Source: Octopus bimaculoides (taxonomy: Eukaryota). From it: 48,188 nucleotides of DNA. The position numbers were made by a program, and so were the translations under genes. The notes under the pieces were generated by a model, which was not told where the DNA came from, did no database searches, and saw only the letters and a program-made list of their open reading frames with translations. This document shows, one piece after another, positions 1 through 11,970 of the stretch. Location of the stretch: assembly GCF_001194135.2 (NCBI RefSeq), contig NC_068986.1, forward strand, positions 81,968,410-82,016,597. The letters are read 5' to 3'. How positions within the stretch are numbered: the stretch's first letter is position 1; each line of letters starts with the position of its first letter.

Positions 1-50
1 ATTTGTATTTTGTCCCCTCTGTGTTGAGCCCTGTGTGGCTAATAAAGAAA
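1..50 (+). mobile_element. 3' tail of tRNA-derived SINE family A (tail type 1)
   Basis: ttgtcccctctgtgttgagccctgtgtggctaataaagaaa matches the tail of the copies at 19428-19500 (minus), 21720-21785 and 43300-43355. A (CTAT)n tract follows. Confidence 0.8.
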
Positions 51-51
51 C

Positions 52-93
<42 letters not shown>

Positions 94-94
94 G

Positions 95-154
<60 letters not shown>

Positions 155-165
155 AACACATACAC

Positions 166-209
<44 letters not shown>
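51..209. repeat. Compound microsatellite (CTAT)n + (CA)n
   Basis: Seen directly in the sequence. Confidence 0.98.
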
Positions 210-210
<1 letters not shown>

Positions 211-211
<1 letters not shown>

Positions 212-585
212 GGAAGAAGTAACAGAGTGACCCAAGGGCCGAGAATTTCGTGCGTTAGCACTTATCAAATTACTTATAAATCACGGGGCTATAAATATAT
301 ACATACAAATGTCCTGGATAGTCCTGGAACAAATTATAAAAAAGACAATTACAGTGTCACGAGGATAATTCATATTTTTCAAAAATACGCGCATAAATAC
401 CCTGGTGATGTTGTTGAAATTCCAATGAAGGAGCCTTGGATCTAACTTAGAAACTGGCCCTTTTTCTATTGACGAGAAATCTTGAAATAAAACTGAATAA
501 TGACATACATACATACATACATACATACATACATACACATATATACACATATATACACACGCATATATATGTGTGTGTATGTTTG

Positions 586-660
<75 letters not shown>
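211..660 (+). mobile_element. Dispersed repeat family E, 3' end, with (CATA)n/(TA)n tail
   Basis: 405-502 (gatgttgttgaaattcc...ttggatcta..ttagaaac...aactgaataatg) recurs in reverse complement at 3750-3860. A microsatellite tail follows, as at retroelement 3' ends. Class unknown. Confidence 0.6.
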
Positions 661-1582
661 NNNNNNNNNNNNNNNNNNNNNNNNNNNNNNNNNNNNNNNN
701 NNNNNNNNNNNNNNNNNNNNNNNNNNNNNNNNNNNNNNNNNNNNNNNNNNNNNNNNNNNNNNNNNNNNNNNNNNNNNNNNNNNNNNNNNNNNNNNNNNNN
801 NNNNNNNNNNNNNNNNNNNNNNNNNNNNNNNNNNNNNNNNNNNNNNNNNNNNNNNNNNNNNNNNNNNNNNNNNNNNNNNNNNNNNNNNNNNNNNNNNNNN
901 NNNNNNNNNNNNNNNNNNNNNNNNNNNNNNNNNNNNNNNNNNNNNNNNNNNNNNNNNNNNNNNNNNNNNNNNNNNNNNNNNNNNNNNNNNNNNNNNNNNN
1001 NNNNNNNNNNNNNNNNNNNNNNNNNNNNNNNNNNNNNNNNNNNNNNNNNNNNNNNNNNNNNNNNNNNNNNNNNNNNNNNNNNNNNNNNNNNNNNNNNNNN
1101 NNNNNNNNNNNNNNNNNNNNNNNNNNNNNNNNNNNNNNNNNNNNNNNNNNNNNNNNNNNNNNNNNNNNNNNNNNNNNNNNNNNNNNNNNNNNNNNNNNNN
1201 NNNNNNNNNNNNNNNNNNNNNNNNNNNNNNNNNNNNNNNNNNNNNNNNNNNNNNNNNNNNNNNNNNNNNNNNNNNNNNNNNNNNNNNNNNNNNNNNNNNN
1301 NNNNNNNNNNNNNNNNNNNNNNNNNNNNNNNNNNNNNNNNNNNNNNNNNNNNNNNNNNNNNNNNNNNNNNNNNNNNNNNNNNNNNNNNNNNNNNNNNNNN
1401 NNNNNNNNNNNNNNNNNNNNNNNNNNNNNNNNNNNNNNNNNNNNNNNNNNNNNNNNNNNNNNNNNNNNNNNNNNNNNNNNNNNNNNNNNNNNNNNNNNNN
1501 NNNNNNNNNNNNNNNNNNNNNNNNNNNNNNNNNNNNNNNNNNNNNNAAACGTGTTGGGGTGGGAAGGAGAGAAACGGGAAAC

Positions 1583-1630
<48 letters not shown>

Positions 1631-1999
1631 CGTATAAACTCCAAAATATATCGCTTTAATTAGGTAAAACTAGGATTAAATAAGGAAGGGAGGAGATGGA
1701 TAGTGAGTAATAGTCAGAGGTTAAAGAGGAGGGGAAGAAGAAGAGAGGAGCCAGGTGGAGATAGATGTATTGGTAGTGGTGTGACGAGTGTTGGTGGTGT
1801 TAATGGCAGTGCTGGTGTTGCTGTATATTGTAGATCAACCACAAAAATTTCTACAATTCTAAAACAAAAGAGAATTTTATGAAGTAAAGTGATTGCTGGT
1901 GTTGATGCTGCTGCTACTGTTGTTGTTGTTGTTGTTGTTGCAGTTACAACTGTTGTTTTTATTGTTGTTATTGTCGATATTGTTGCTCATAGGTTCTGC

Positions 2000-2239
2000 C
2001 TTTTATCTTTTATCTGCTTCAGTCATGAGACTGCGGCCATGCTGGGGCACTACCTTGAAGAAAAATTATTAGTCGAATAATGAATCGACTCCAGTACCTT
2101 ACTTTTTTAAAGCCTAGTACTTATTATATCGGCCCTTTTGCCGAACTACTAATTTACGAGGACGTAAACACACCAACGTCGGTTGTGAAGCGGTGGAGGG
2201 GAGGGACAAACACAGACACAAAGACACACACACGCACAA
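2000..2239 (-). mobile_element. SINE family D, 3' half
   Basis: Reverse complement of 27230-27436 (cagtcat...cggccatgctggggcac...agtacttatt...tttgccgaac...ggacgtaaacacacc...acaaacac). Confidence 0.8.
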
Positions 2240-2469
2240 ATGAGAAACAACGATGTACAGGTGTCAGTTCATTACGGCCGTTTCAAGTGACTCCTTTAAT
2301 TGATTAATGAAAACATTACACCATTGCAAATGAACCGTTTTCGTCAGATGACTGCAGACATCTGACGAAAACAGTTTCTTTGCAATGATGTAACGTTTTC
2401 ATTAATCAATTGAAAGAGTCACTTGAAACGGCCGTAATGAATTGACACTTGTACATCTTTGTTACTCAT
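2240..2469. mobile_element. 230-bp loopless palindrome (fold-back / MITE-like)
   Basis: Arms 2240-2354 and 2355-2469 are reverse complements with no indels and about 12 mismatches in 115 bp (manual count). Centre is ctg|cag. Confidence 0.85.
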
Positions 2470-3519
2470 ATCTTATTCACCTACTTGGAATCTGCACTTC
2501 GGAAATATTATAGAAAGTATTTTTACATAATGTACAATTCTGAACAACCAAGAGAGGATCCCTTCAGTAAACTGGGTCGTGTTATCTGCATACACTGCAA
2601 GAATATCAAGTGCAAACACTTCTGCACAGAGTTTGATATTCACCTTATATTGTTTGGGTGAGAAAATTAGATCGACCTAACAAGGTGTCTCAATTTAAGT
2701 AACTAATTCAACTGAATCTTAATCATATGTATGTATATATATNNNNNNNNNNNNNNNNNNNNNNNNNNNNNNNNNNNNNNNNNNNNNNNNNNNNNNNNNN
2801 NNNNNNNNNNNNNNNNNNNNNNNNNNNNNNNNNNNNNNNNNNNNNNNNNNNNNNNNNNNNNNNNNNNNNNNNNNNNNNNNNNNNNNNNNNNNNNNNNNNN
2901 NNNNNNNNNNNNNNNNNNNNNNNNNNNNNNNNNNNNNNNNNNNNNNNNNNNNNNNNNNNNNNNNNNNNNNNNNNNNNNNNNNNNNNNNNNNNNNNNNNNN
3001 NNNNNNNNNNNNNNNNNNNNNNNNNNNNNNNNNNNNNNNNNNNNNNNNNNNNNNNNNNNNNNNNNNNNNNNNNNNNNNNNNNNNNNNNNNNNNNNNNNNN
3101 NNNNNNNNNNNNNNNNNNNNNNNNNNNNNNNNNNNNNNNNNNNNNNNNNNNNNNNNNNNNNNNNNNNNNNNNNNNNNNNNNNNNNNNNNNNNNNNNNNNN
3201 NNNNNNNNNNNNNNNNNNNNNNNNNNNNNNNNNNNNNNNNNNNNNNNNNNNNNNNNNNNNNNNNNNNNNNNNNNNNNNNNNNNNNNNNNNNNNNNNNNNN
3301 NNNNNNNNNNNNNNNNNNNNNNNNNNNNNNNNNNNNNNNNNNNNNNNNNNNNNNNNNNNNNNNNNNNNNNNNNNNNNNNNNNNNNNNNNNNNNNNNNNNN
3401 NNNNNNNNNNNNNNNNNNNNNNNNNNNGATCCGACTTAAGCAGGATTTGAACTCAACGTAAAAAGCCGGAAGAAATTCTGCGAAGCAACATTTCTGCTTT
3501 AGTCTTGTTCTTAAATTAT

Positions 3520-3640
3520 TTCCACAATAGGCACGGGGCCAAAATTTTGGAGAAGGAAGCTGCTCGATTGCATTGAGACGAGTGCACAATTGGTATTTAT
3601 TTCGTCGACCCTGAAAAGATGAAAGGCAAAGTTGATCCCT
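3520..3640 (-). mobile_element. SINE family A fragment (degenerate)
   Basis: ggcacggggccaaaattttgg...ggtatttatttcgtcgaccctgaaaagatgaaaggcaaagttga is the reverse complement of the family A body and tail type 2. Confidence 0.75.
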
Positions 3641-3749
3641 TCTGCCAGATCGCCCCCTCATCTTGCTCTTGTGTGTGTGTGTGTGTATGTGTGCGTGTGT
3701 GTGTGTGTGTGTGTGCGTGCGTGCGCGCGCGTGTGTACGTGTGTGTTTA

Positions 3750-3860
3750 TGGCATTATTCAGTTTCATTTCACGATTTCTAGCCAATAGAGAAAGAATCG
3801 GTTTCTAACCTAGATCCAAGGAATTCCAACATCAACAGAGTAATTTTACATGCATTTGTG
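3750..3860 (-). mobile_element. Dispersed repeat family E fragment
   Basis: Reverse complement of 405-502. Confidence 0.65.
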
Positions 3861-4385
3861 TATACATGCGGTATCTGGAGTCTGTGCATCTGCAGACTTG
3901 TATGTTTTGTTTTCTGTATGTATTCTCATGCATATAGTTGCATGTCTAGACATGCACATATATACTTAAATGATTAACTTCTGGAAAGTTTTACAGATTT
4001 TTACGTTTCTAGTGATGACTTGGTATGAACGTAATGTCGTGTAGCGAAGAATTTCACAAAGTATCTATGAGGTTCTAAAGTTCTAGGTTCGATCTCATAA
4101 CTCAATACCTTGTATTTTTTACTATAACCTCGGGTAGATCGTAGTCTTGTAAGTAGTATTTGGTGGACGGAAACTCACGTATACACATGACACATGCTCG
4201 TACATATGTACATTTTGAGTGTCTGCGTGTATGTATGTGTGTTTGTAGTATTCTATGTAAATCAAATAGTATATGTTGTTTTTCCTACTGCTTCTACTGT
4301 TTAGTGGGCATGGTTCACTTGTTTCGGTTTGGATGAATGTAGTCATTTATTCGTTTAACTCATAACTTGGTCGAAAAAGACTAAG

Positions 4386-4600
4386 ACGATGAGCTAGCAG
4401 GATCGTTAGAACGTCGGGCAAAATACTTGGCGGCATTTCGCCCGTCTTTACGATCTGAGTTCATATTCTGCCGAGTTTAACTATCCGTTTTATTCTTTCG
4501 GGACCGATAAAATAATATATCAGTTTAACACTGGGTTCAATGTAAATTAGTTTTCTCCTCCCTCGAAATTCTTGGTCTTGTGCTAAAATTTGAGACCATT
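4386..4600 (+). mobile_element. SINE family A (degenerate, tail type 2)
   Basis: A-box-like gagctagcaggatcgttag, B-box-like gagttcatattc, and tail tcttgtgctaaaatttgag. Confidence 0.75.
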
Positions 4601-5102
4601 TGCGAAAAAGATTTTCCTCTTTTCAAAGTTAAATACTCTGCTGAATATATTTGCTTCTATTTTCCCATCAATTTTAATTACAAAATACTAAACAAGACTA
4701 CTGGTAACAATATGATCGACTATTAAACACACACACGTGTATATATCAAATTAAAAATATTTCGTATGTCATTGAACAGAAAATGACTAAACAATGAAAA
4801 AATGAAAAGACAGTCACAATTACTTTTGTACTGTAAATAAATCATATTGTTTCAAAACACATAATTACATACCAGTTTCACTTTTAAAAGAAGATAATCA
4901 TTGTAATGTACATGTGTAGTGGTTAGCTGTTTTCCTTTAATATATATGTATAAATATACATGCTTTAATATTTCGCCTAGGCATTTCAAGACTGATAACC
5001 TGGTGTAGAACTCAACATACGTATGCTTCAGAGCGAAGTGTTAGACGAGTATAGAACGGTAATAAGAAAAATAGATAACAAAGGAATAAATGATTATTCT
5101 TT

Positions 5103-5213
5103 GAACTTCATTAGCTTACAGCTGTTTCTGCTATAAGATGGAGTGGACTCATTGTTGAGTGCACCTGAATAACACCTTATAGTTTCATCGGAGCCTCGAA
5201 ATACGAAGTGCAA
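5103..5213 (-). ncRNA. Hammerhead-ribozyme-like motif, type I with minimal palindromic helix III (probably a degenerate copy)
   Basis: Minus strand reads UUGCACUUCGU-AUUUCGA-GGCU-CCGAUGA-AA-CUAUAAGGUG-(hairpin)-CAUCUUAUAG-CA-GAAAC-AGCU-GUA-AGCU-A-AUGAAGUUCAA. The core is CUGAUGA with one U4>C change. Helix I has 4 bp plus 10/11 bp, and helix II has 10 bp. Confidence 0.6.
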
Positions 5214-5829
5214 TTTATTTGGGAGGGAATTACATTTGTATGTATATATATTATATATATATTAAATGCATAGAAACATATATTAAAGTTATGTGCGTTT
5301 GTGTATCTTTTGACAATATAGATTGGCGAAAGATAAAATCATCGGTGAGAAACGGACATCCTGTGACATTCCACACGCCACTGTCACTCCCAACACCACA
5401 AATACAACGACTCTATTGCTTTCCAATCACAACTGAAAATATACGAATAACTGTTTTCTTTTTAAATATCCGAACACATTCTTCCATTACGCGGAACAGT
5501 TAATACTCTTGAACGCAATTTCCTATTTCTCCATGGATTTCAAGAATGTTTTTGAAGTAGTTTATGATTGTTTTAGCATCTCCTGTTAGTGTGTTTTGGA
5601 TTTCAATTAACTTTGACTGCAAACTACCATTCTTCTAGTTAAATTATTGAATAGTTTAAGGCGACAGTTCCAATGAACCGAGATTGATCCAATTTCTAAT
5701 GACGCCATAGTAAACAATGCTAGTTTTCTTTTAGTGCTTTCAGTGTTTGAGTGTGGAGCAGTCGTAGAATTCGCAATAGCCGCTGGTTGTTTTTGAGATT
5801 GAAATCTTTTCTGCTAATTGATCTTTATA

Positions 5830-6185
5830 ACGATAATGATGATAACAATGAAGAACAGGAGACTGTTGGTAGTGGTGTTGATGCTGCTGCTAGTGGCGAT
5901 GACAATAACGATGACGATGAAGAGGATGCTGTTGTTGCAGCGGTGACTTCTCCTTCTTCTACTGCTGCTGCTGCTGCTGCTGCCGCTGCCGCTTCTGCTG
6001 CTTCTGCTACTATTACCATCGATCATGGTGACAATGACGATGAAGAGGATGTTACTATTCCTGTTGCTGCGGTTTCGGCTGTTGCTGCTGCTGCTGATGA
6101 AGATGAAGATGATGACGAAAAAGATCTTCTTGCTGCTGTTCCTACTTATAATGTTAATAATAATGATGATGATGATGATAAAAGT
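5830..6185. repeat. Degenerate trinucleotide tract (GAT/GCT/GTT)
   Basis: Low-complexity triplet sequence. It explains the overlapping ORFs at 5751-6272. Confidence 0.9.
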
Positions 6186-6848
6186 TAACCCTCTCCTATC
6201 ATATTTATCAATCCCAAAGTAGTTCCACAAGTACGAATTGTAATATTTTATTATCGTAATTCCTTCTAGCAACAGATTTTGTGACGAAATTTATAACTTG
6301 GATACCCCTATTCTACTTTTCAAAGAAGAGTTTCGTGTATGGTTGAGTCGACATAAATTTATTATTGGGTTCTCATACAAAATATATCTACTTTTGTCCT
6401 GCGATTAATTTCACCTTACGCTTCCACATGATAGTTGAGAGTAGAAACACTGAAAATCGTAGCAATTTCTGGAATAATCTATCTTCCCGTAAAAAAATAT
6501 CAAACACTACCTTAAAAGTACAACACAGAACGCTGATAAAAGAAATACAGTAGATCTCGGGAGGTCAGGCATAGACAGGGTACAATAGCAATACCTCGGG
6601 AATCAATGGCTTCTCGCACGTAATACCGAAAATATTCGTTATCTCCGCTATTGTGTACAAGATATACTTACATAAACCTATCACACCACTGTTAAATATA
6701 CACAGAATCTTCGAATCAAGGAAGCTATCCTAATTAATAAGTTGAAACCAGTATTTAGCAATAGTTAAGAATTATATGAAGCTGCTATAACAACACAAAT
6801 CTGCGCATGTTACTTTCTTCTCCGACATATCTGAGCAACGGTTATAGA

Positions 6849-6898
6849 TTAGTTCCATCTCCCATTTCTCCACATATCCTGGTGAAGCTGTCCTAACC
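6849..6898 (-). pseudogene. Candidate terminal exon of the minus-strand kelch-like chain (GLGQLHQDMWRNGRWN*)
   Basis: Strong acceptor tgtatttctttcatatttcag| at 6898. The phase matches the 14917-14878 candidate, and LHQDMWR resembles kelch LNDLWR motifs. By eye only. Confidence 0.25.
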
Positions 6899-8366
6899 CT
6901 GAAATATGAAAGAAATACAAATGTTCTGTTTTCACTTTTGTATTTCCTTTTGCATTGTTCGACCTTAACAAGACCTTTTTTTTAATATCTAATTTGATAT
7001 CACATAACGCTTCACCCAAATTACTGTAAACAACCTTTCATCATAGTCATATCCACCTACCATTTTCAAAACATTAACTCCACTACTACTTCAACACTAA
7101 ATCAATTATCTAGAAATCTTGCTCTATAACAAAGCTATAGCTGGAACTAATAACCATGTTTAGATACATATACTCAATCCTGTGCAAATCCACAAACAGC
7201 ATGTACCAAAATCAACATATCAGTATAGTTTTTTTTTTTAAATATTATAATCTATTCATGATATACAATATCAAGGGTAACAGTTTTGCACCTCGCTATA
7301 ACACTAATATCGCCACATAAGTTTTGGGACAAAGCTTCTGTTACATTATGAATGTAATAACAACGATCATCAGAGATTGTAAGGGTTCTCGTTTCGTGTT
7401 GTCCAAGACTAGGGTGTAGGGATAGTGTCTTTTTGATGTTGAAGGAGATTATACTGCCATGGCCGTCGTAGAGAATGTTTTTGAGATTTATTTATATGTA
7501 ACAGTGTAAGTTTGATGTGAGAAATCTAGATTGTTGTCTAGATTACATGACGATAGCGTTTCTGTGCGTTGGATTGAGAAGGGATGAAAAATGGTATAAG
7601 CTGTATAGAAGTGAACATTATTATAGGTGACGTTGAAAAGGACGTTGGCGTATCAGAAGAAGGAAGTGGGTAGCAAAACTGAATTTTAGGGTACACCAGA
7701 GTGTCTAAATAGGTAAAGCGTTGAATTAGAGAAAGTCGCATCAACACACGTTGCAATGGTGCGATCTGACAAGAAGCTTCCAAGTCAAAAGACGAGAAAT
7801 GCGTGATGACCATAAGTAAGTAGCTTAGCTACAAGAATCTGGATCTATACGAAGTACAGTAAAATATTATGTTGATGTCAAGCTTAACAGTATTAATTTT
7901 ATCGAACTGGACGAAAGTTAGTCTTTGGTAGATCTGATACTGAGAGAAATAAACTGATATCAATGAGGACGGAGAGGGATGAAGGTTGTTAGGAAAGTAA
8001 AAGAATGCACAAACATAGGGCACTAACAGGAATCATATTTGGTCTACACATAGAAGCAACCAGTTTATTAAAGTATAGATGCAGCAGTGTACAATATATT
8101 AGAGTACATATATACTATGTACAGTATCATAGAGTGCAAATATAGTAGTGTGCAGTATTTTACAGTACAGATAGAGTGGCGTACAGCATTTCAGAGAAAA
8201 AATACTTTAGTGTATTGTATATTCGATCCATCATGGTTTATGCTAGCACTGCCTTGGCTTTTAATCTTCAATAAAAAGATCGTAACAAACTACAGCTAAT
8301 ACAAAAAAAGGATAAATTCAAATCCTTATAGCTTGTATACAGACCACAGTCTTATATTATCTACAT

Positions 8367-8623
8367 TACTGGTCCTTAACCTGGGTTCATTTGACCCTTG
8401 GGAGTCCATATAAAATTTTCTCGTTAAAATTTCTGTGCAATAAATTGGTTATATTTCTACAATACACAAAATATTTTATCAATTTTTTTATACAGTTCCT
8501 AATAATATTTAATTATAAATGTACAATACGTTTTTTTTTTACACATCGAATGGCTATGAGGGTCTACTTGAGCAAAATAGGGATCAGTGGAGTTCATAGG
8601 CAAAATATGGTTGAGAATCCCTA
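8367..8623 (+). mobile_element. Degenerate hAT-like MITE
   Basis: Ends tactggtccttaacc and ggttgagaatcccta resemble the TIR type of 23477-23770, and a gaccc subterminal motif is present. No TSD survives. Confidence 0.35.
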
Positions 8624-8903
8624 CACAATAAACAAACTTGAAATGAATAATCAACTGGATACCCAGTGTGTAGTTCGTAACAGCTGCAACTTCCAGCTTA
8701 GAAAAAAGAAAACAAAAGAGACAAACACCAACTAATAACACTGAACAAACATAAAGAGCGAACATTACAAACGGTAAAAATTATTAAACTTGTTAATAAA
8801 AATAATACACATTTTTCTAGGTTGGCGAGAGCATATTTAGATTTGGGTCGGCCCGAAGAGAAACAAAGCCTATACGAGAAATATGTATATATATACGGTT
8901 CGA

Positions 8904-8994
8904 GGTAAATTCCACCACGGAAAATTTCACCATAGTAAATTTCACCATAGGTAAATTCCACCACGGTATATTCCACTATAGTAAATTCCACAAA
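8904..8994 (+). repeat. Six tandem 15-bp units (consensus RGTAAATTYCACCAY)
   Basis: Units start at 8904, 8919, 8934, 8950, 8965 and 8980. Confidence 0.9.
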
Positions 8995-9769
8995 TTTGAT
9001 AAAAAAAAATAAAATAAAATAAAAATCAAAAAATGTAAACCAATATCAACTACATATAAGCAATTTCAGTAATAGAAAATCCTAAAGGACCACCACAAGA
9101 ACCCCAAATTTCCATAATAATCCGACAGATGGAAATGGCATAAGAAATTTTCATAAGATCTCTCATAAGAATCTTCATATCCCCACCCGTCCAGGGAACC
9201 ACTTCCAAAAGCAGGGTTAGTCTCGAGAGAATATTTTGTAATGTATATGTAATGAGACTTAATTAAATAATGCAAGAAATTTAATAAGCTGTCGCTCTAC
9301 TGATTAATTCCCCATCGCTGCCTTATTTAACCAACTACATTAAGAAATATTTCTCATATTCTTGTTGAAGTTAAAGAATACGAAACAAACTCCACTGAAG
9401 CCACTAAAAAGAACATCGCTTATTGACCGTACTTGACATCAATCATTTCCATTAAGCGCCGTGTCCATCATGTAAACCGTGAAACCGTAAAAGCGTGATA
9501 TGATGCTCCATTAACCGGGCAAATAGCCAAAACAGAAACTACGTAATTCATTTACTACGATCGAACTAATGAATTGATATAGTAGAAGGTAATCTGTGTA
9601 AAATATCTGCTGTTGGCACGGCTAATTGGCACGCATACTGGTACGGCTACTTGCACGGCTGTTGGAGACAATTTCACAGTGAGAACACAATATAGGATCT
9701 TATCGTCGGTAACCAAATATCTATAACTGCTAAATAGCATAAATCACACAATTACATACATGCACATAC

Positions 9770-10250
<481 letters not shown>

Positions 10251-10626
10251 TCCATATGCACAGTTGTGACAATGGCTCATTCAAATTTCGGTTCCTCACA
10301 GCCGATTCACTGTTCAAATGCAATTGAATATGTGTATGTGTGTATGTATGTACGTGTATGGTGTATGTGAATGTGCGTGTTTACGTGCATGGTGTGCGTG
10401 TATGCGTGTGTGCACATATGAAAGTGCCGTAACTGTGTAGACGTGTGACTATGTTTAATGATGAAAGCATGTTTTTGGTGTATATATGTGTGTGTGTGTG
10501 CGTGTATATAGGCGTGTGTGTGTGTGTATGTGTGTGTGTGTGTGTGTAACTGCGTAACTGAGTATATGTGGGTGAATGTGTATACGCCAGTAAAAGTGTG
10601 TATTTATATGTCTATGAAACGATAGT

Positions 10627-10686
<60 letters not shown>

Positions 10687-11053
10687 ATAAAACAGAGTTT
10701 ATGTGTGTGTGTGTGTGTGTGTGTGCTCGCGCGTGCGTATGTTTCGAATGTGTTTNNNNNNNNNNNNNNNNNNNNNNNNNNNNNNNNNNNNNNNNNNNNN
10801 NNNNNNNNNNNNNNNNNNNNNNNNNNNNNNNNNNNNNNNNNNNNNNNNNNNNNNNNNNNNNNNNNNNNNNNNNNNNNNNNNNNNNNNNNNNNNNNNNNNN
10901 NNNNNNNNNNNNNNNNNNNNNNNNNNNNNNNNNNNNNNNNNNNNNNNNNNNNNNNNNNNNNNNNNNNNNNNNNNNNNNNNNNNNNNNNNNNNNNNNNNNN
11001 NNNNNNNNNNNNNNNNNNNNNNNNNNNNNNNNNNNNNNNNNNNNNNNNNNNNN

Positions 11054-11112
<59 letters not shown>

Positions 11113-11336
11113 ATAAAACAGAGTTTATGTGTGTGTGTGTGTGTGTGTGTGCTCGCGCGTGCGTATGTTTCGAATGTGTTTGCGCGTATGGATTTGAAAA
11201 CTGAGTTGCCGATTTTGACGAATGGGGTATCAAAAGATTCAGTAATCTTTCGCTTACCAAATGAAGTATGTTTTTTGCGCAACCCTTTACTACTACAAAT
11301 GTAAACGCATGCACACGCACATTAGATACAAGAATG

Positions 11337-11475
11337 ACTGTGTGGTTGAGAAGTTTGCTTCCCAACCGCATGATTCCACGTTCAATTACTCTGCATGGTA
11401 CCTTGAGCAAGTGTTTCCTACTATAGCCCTAGGTCAACCACAGACTTGTGACTGAATTTGGTACGCAGAAGCTGC
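11337..11475 (+). mobile_element. SINE family D, 5' fragment
   Basis: gactgtgtggttgagaagtttgcttcccaacc...ccttgagcaagtgtttcctactatagcc matches 27033-27170. Confidence 0.7.
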
Positions 11476-11649
11476 AGCGTTGTTCATCAGAAAATGACCG
11501 AAAAACATGTTTATAAAGAAGAGTTATTTACTTCATACTCCTCGTGTGCCGATTCTGCCGCCCATAAGAAAGGAACAAATAATACAATGTAGCTATACGT
11601 CATAACACCCGATTCACTGTTCAAATGTTATATTATTAGCTTCTCAACC

Positions 11650-11970
11650 GTGGAGAGAGGCCAGACAGAGCTAGAGGGAATGTGTGTGAAGACTGAGAAG
11701 GTGAATGACAAGGACCTTTTTGTGTGCACAGTCTGTGACAGACCATGTCTGTCCTTGGCTGGCCTCAAATCTCACCTGCGAACCCATGGAAAACAAACCT
11801 CACCCAGCTATTCTGATTATATGTCTGTGCACACGTTTGAATGCGGTGTGTGCCAGAGGGTTTGCAAATCCAATGGGGGTCTTAAAAGACATGTTAGGAT
11901 CCACAATGAGCAGAACTTACTTGCAGGTATTGGTAGTGCAAATCAGAGGTGCAATCTGTGTGGGTGTTTT
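11650..11970 (+). CDS. C2H2 zinc-finger coding segment (two complete fingers plus the start of a third, cut by a gap); either a LINE (RTE-like) C-terminal tail or a ZNF exon
   Basis: CTVCDRPCLSLAGLKSHLRTH and CGVCQRVCKSNGGLKRHVRIH both fit C-x2-C-x12-H-x3-H, and CNLC follows. Linkers are long and not TGEKP. The frame is open from 11593, with a possible acceptor tattattag| at 11639. Confidence 0.75.

Noticed and set aside
418-465. Family E motif ccaatgaaggagcc...ttagaaac as a hammerhead
   Set aside because: Neither copy has the CUGANGA core. Only the family consensus could rescue the idea.
35-1663. Long ORFs in the track here, at other N-gaps, and at (CA)/(TA)/(TATC) tracts
   Set aside because: They are translations of microsatellites and Ns (HTHT, YIYI, CVCV, X runs), not genes.
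5751-6272. D/E/A-rich and I/S-rich ORFs
   Set aside because: Products of a degenerate trinucleotide tract that is open on both strands. The same applies at 33186-34309 and 43959-44373.
9066-9275. 69-aa minus-strand ORF with protein-like composition
   Set aside because: Two frames are open, with no recognisable motif and no convincing splice sites.
10628-11180. Direct duplication of ~125 bp across the gap at 10756-11053
   Set aside because: The identical sequence on both sides of an N-run is a scaffolding overlap artefact.
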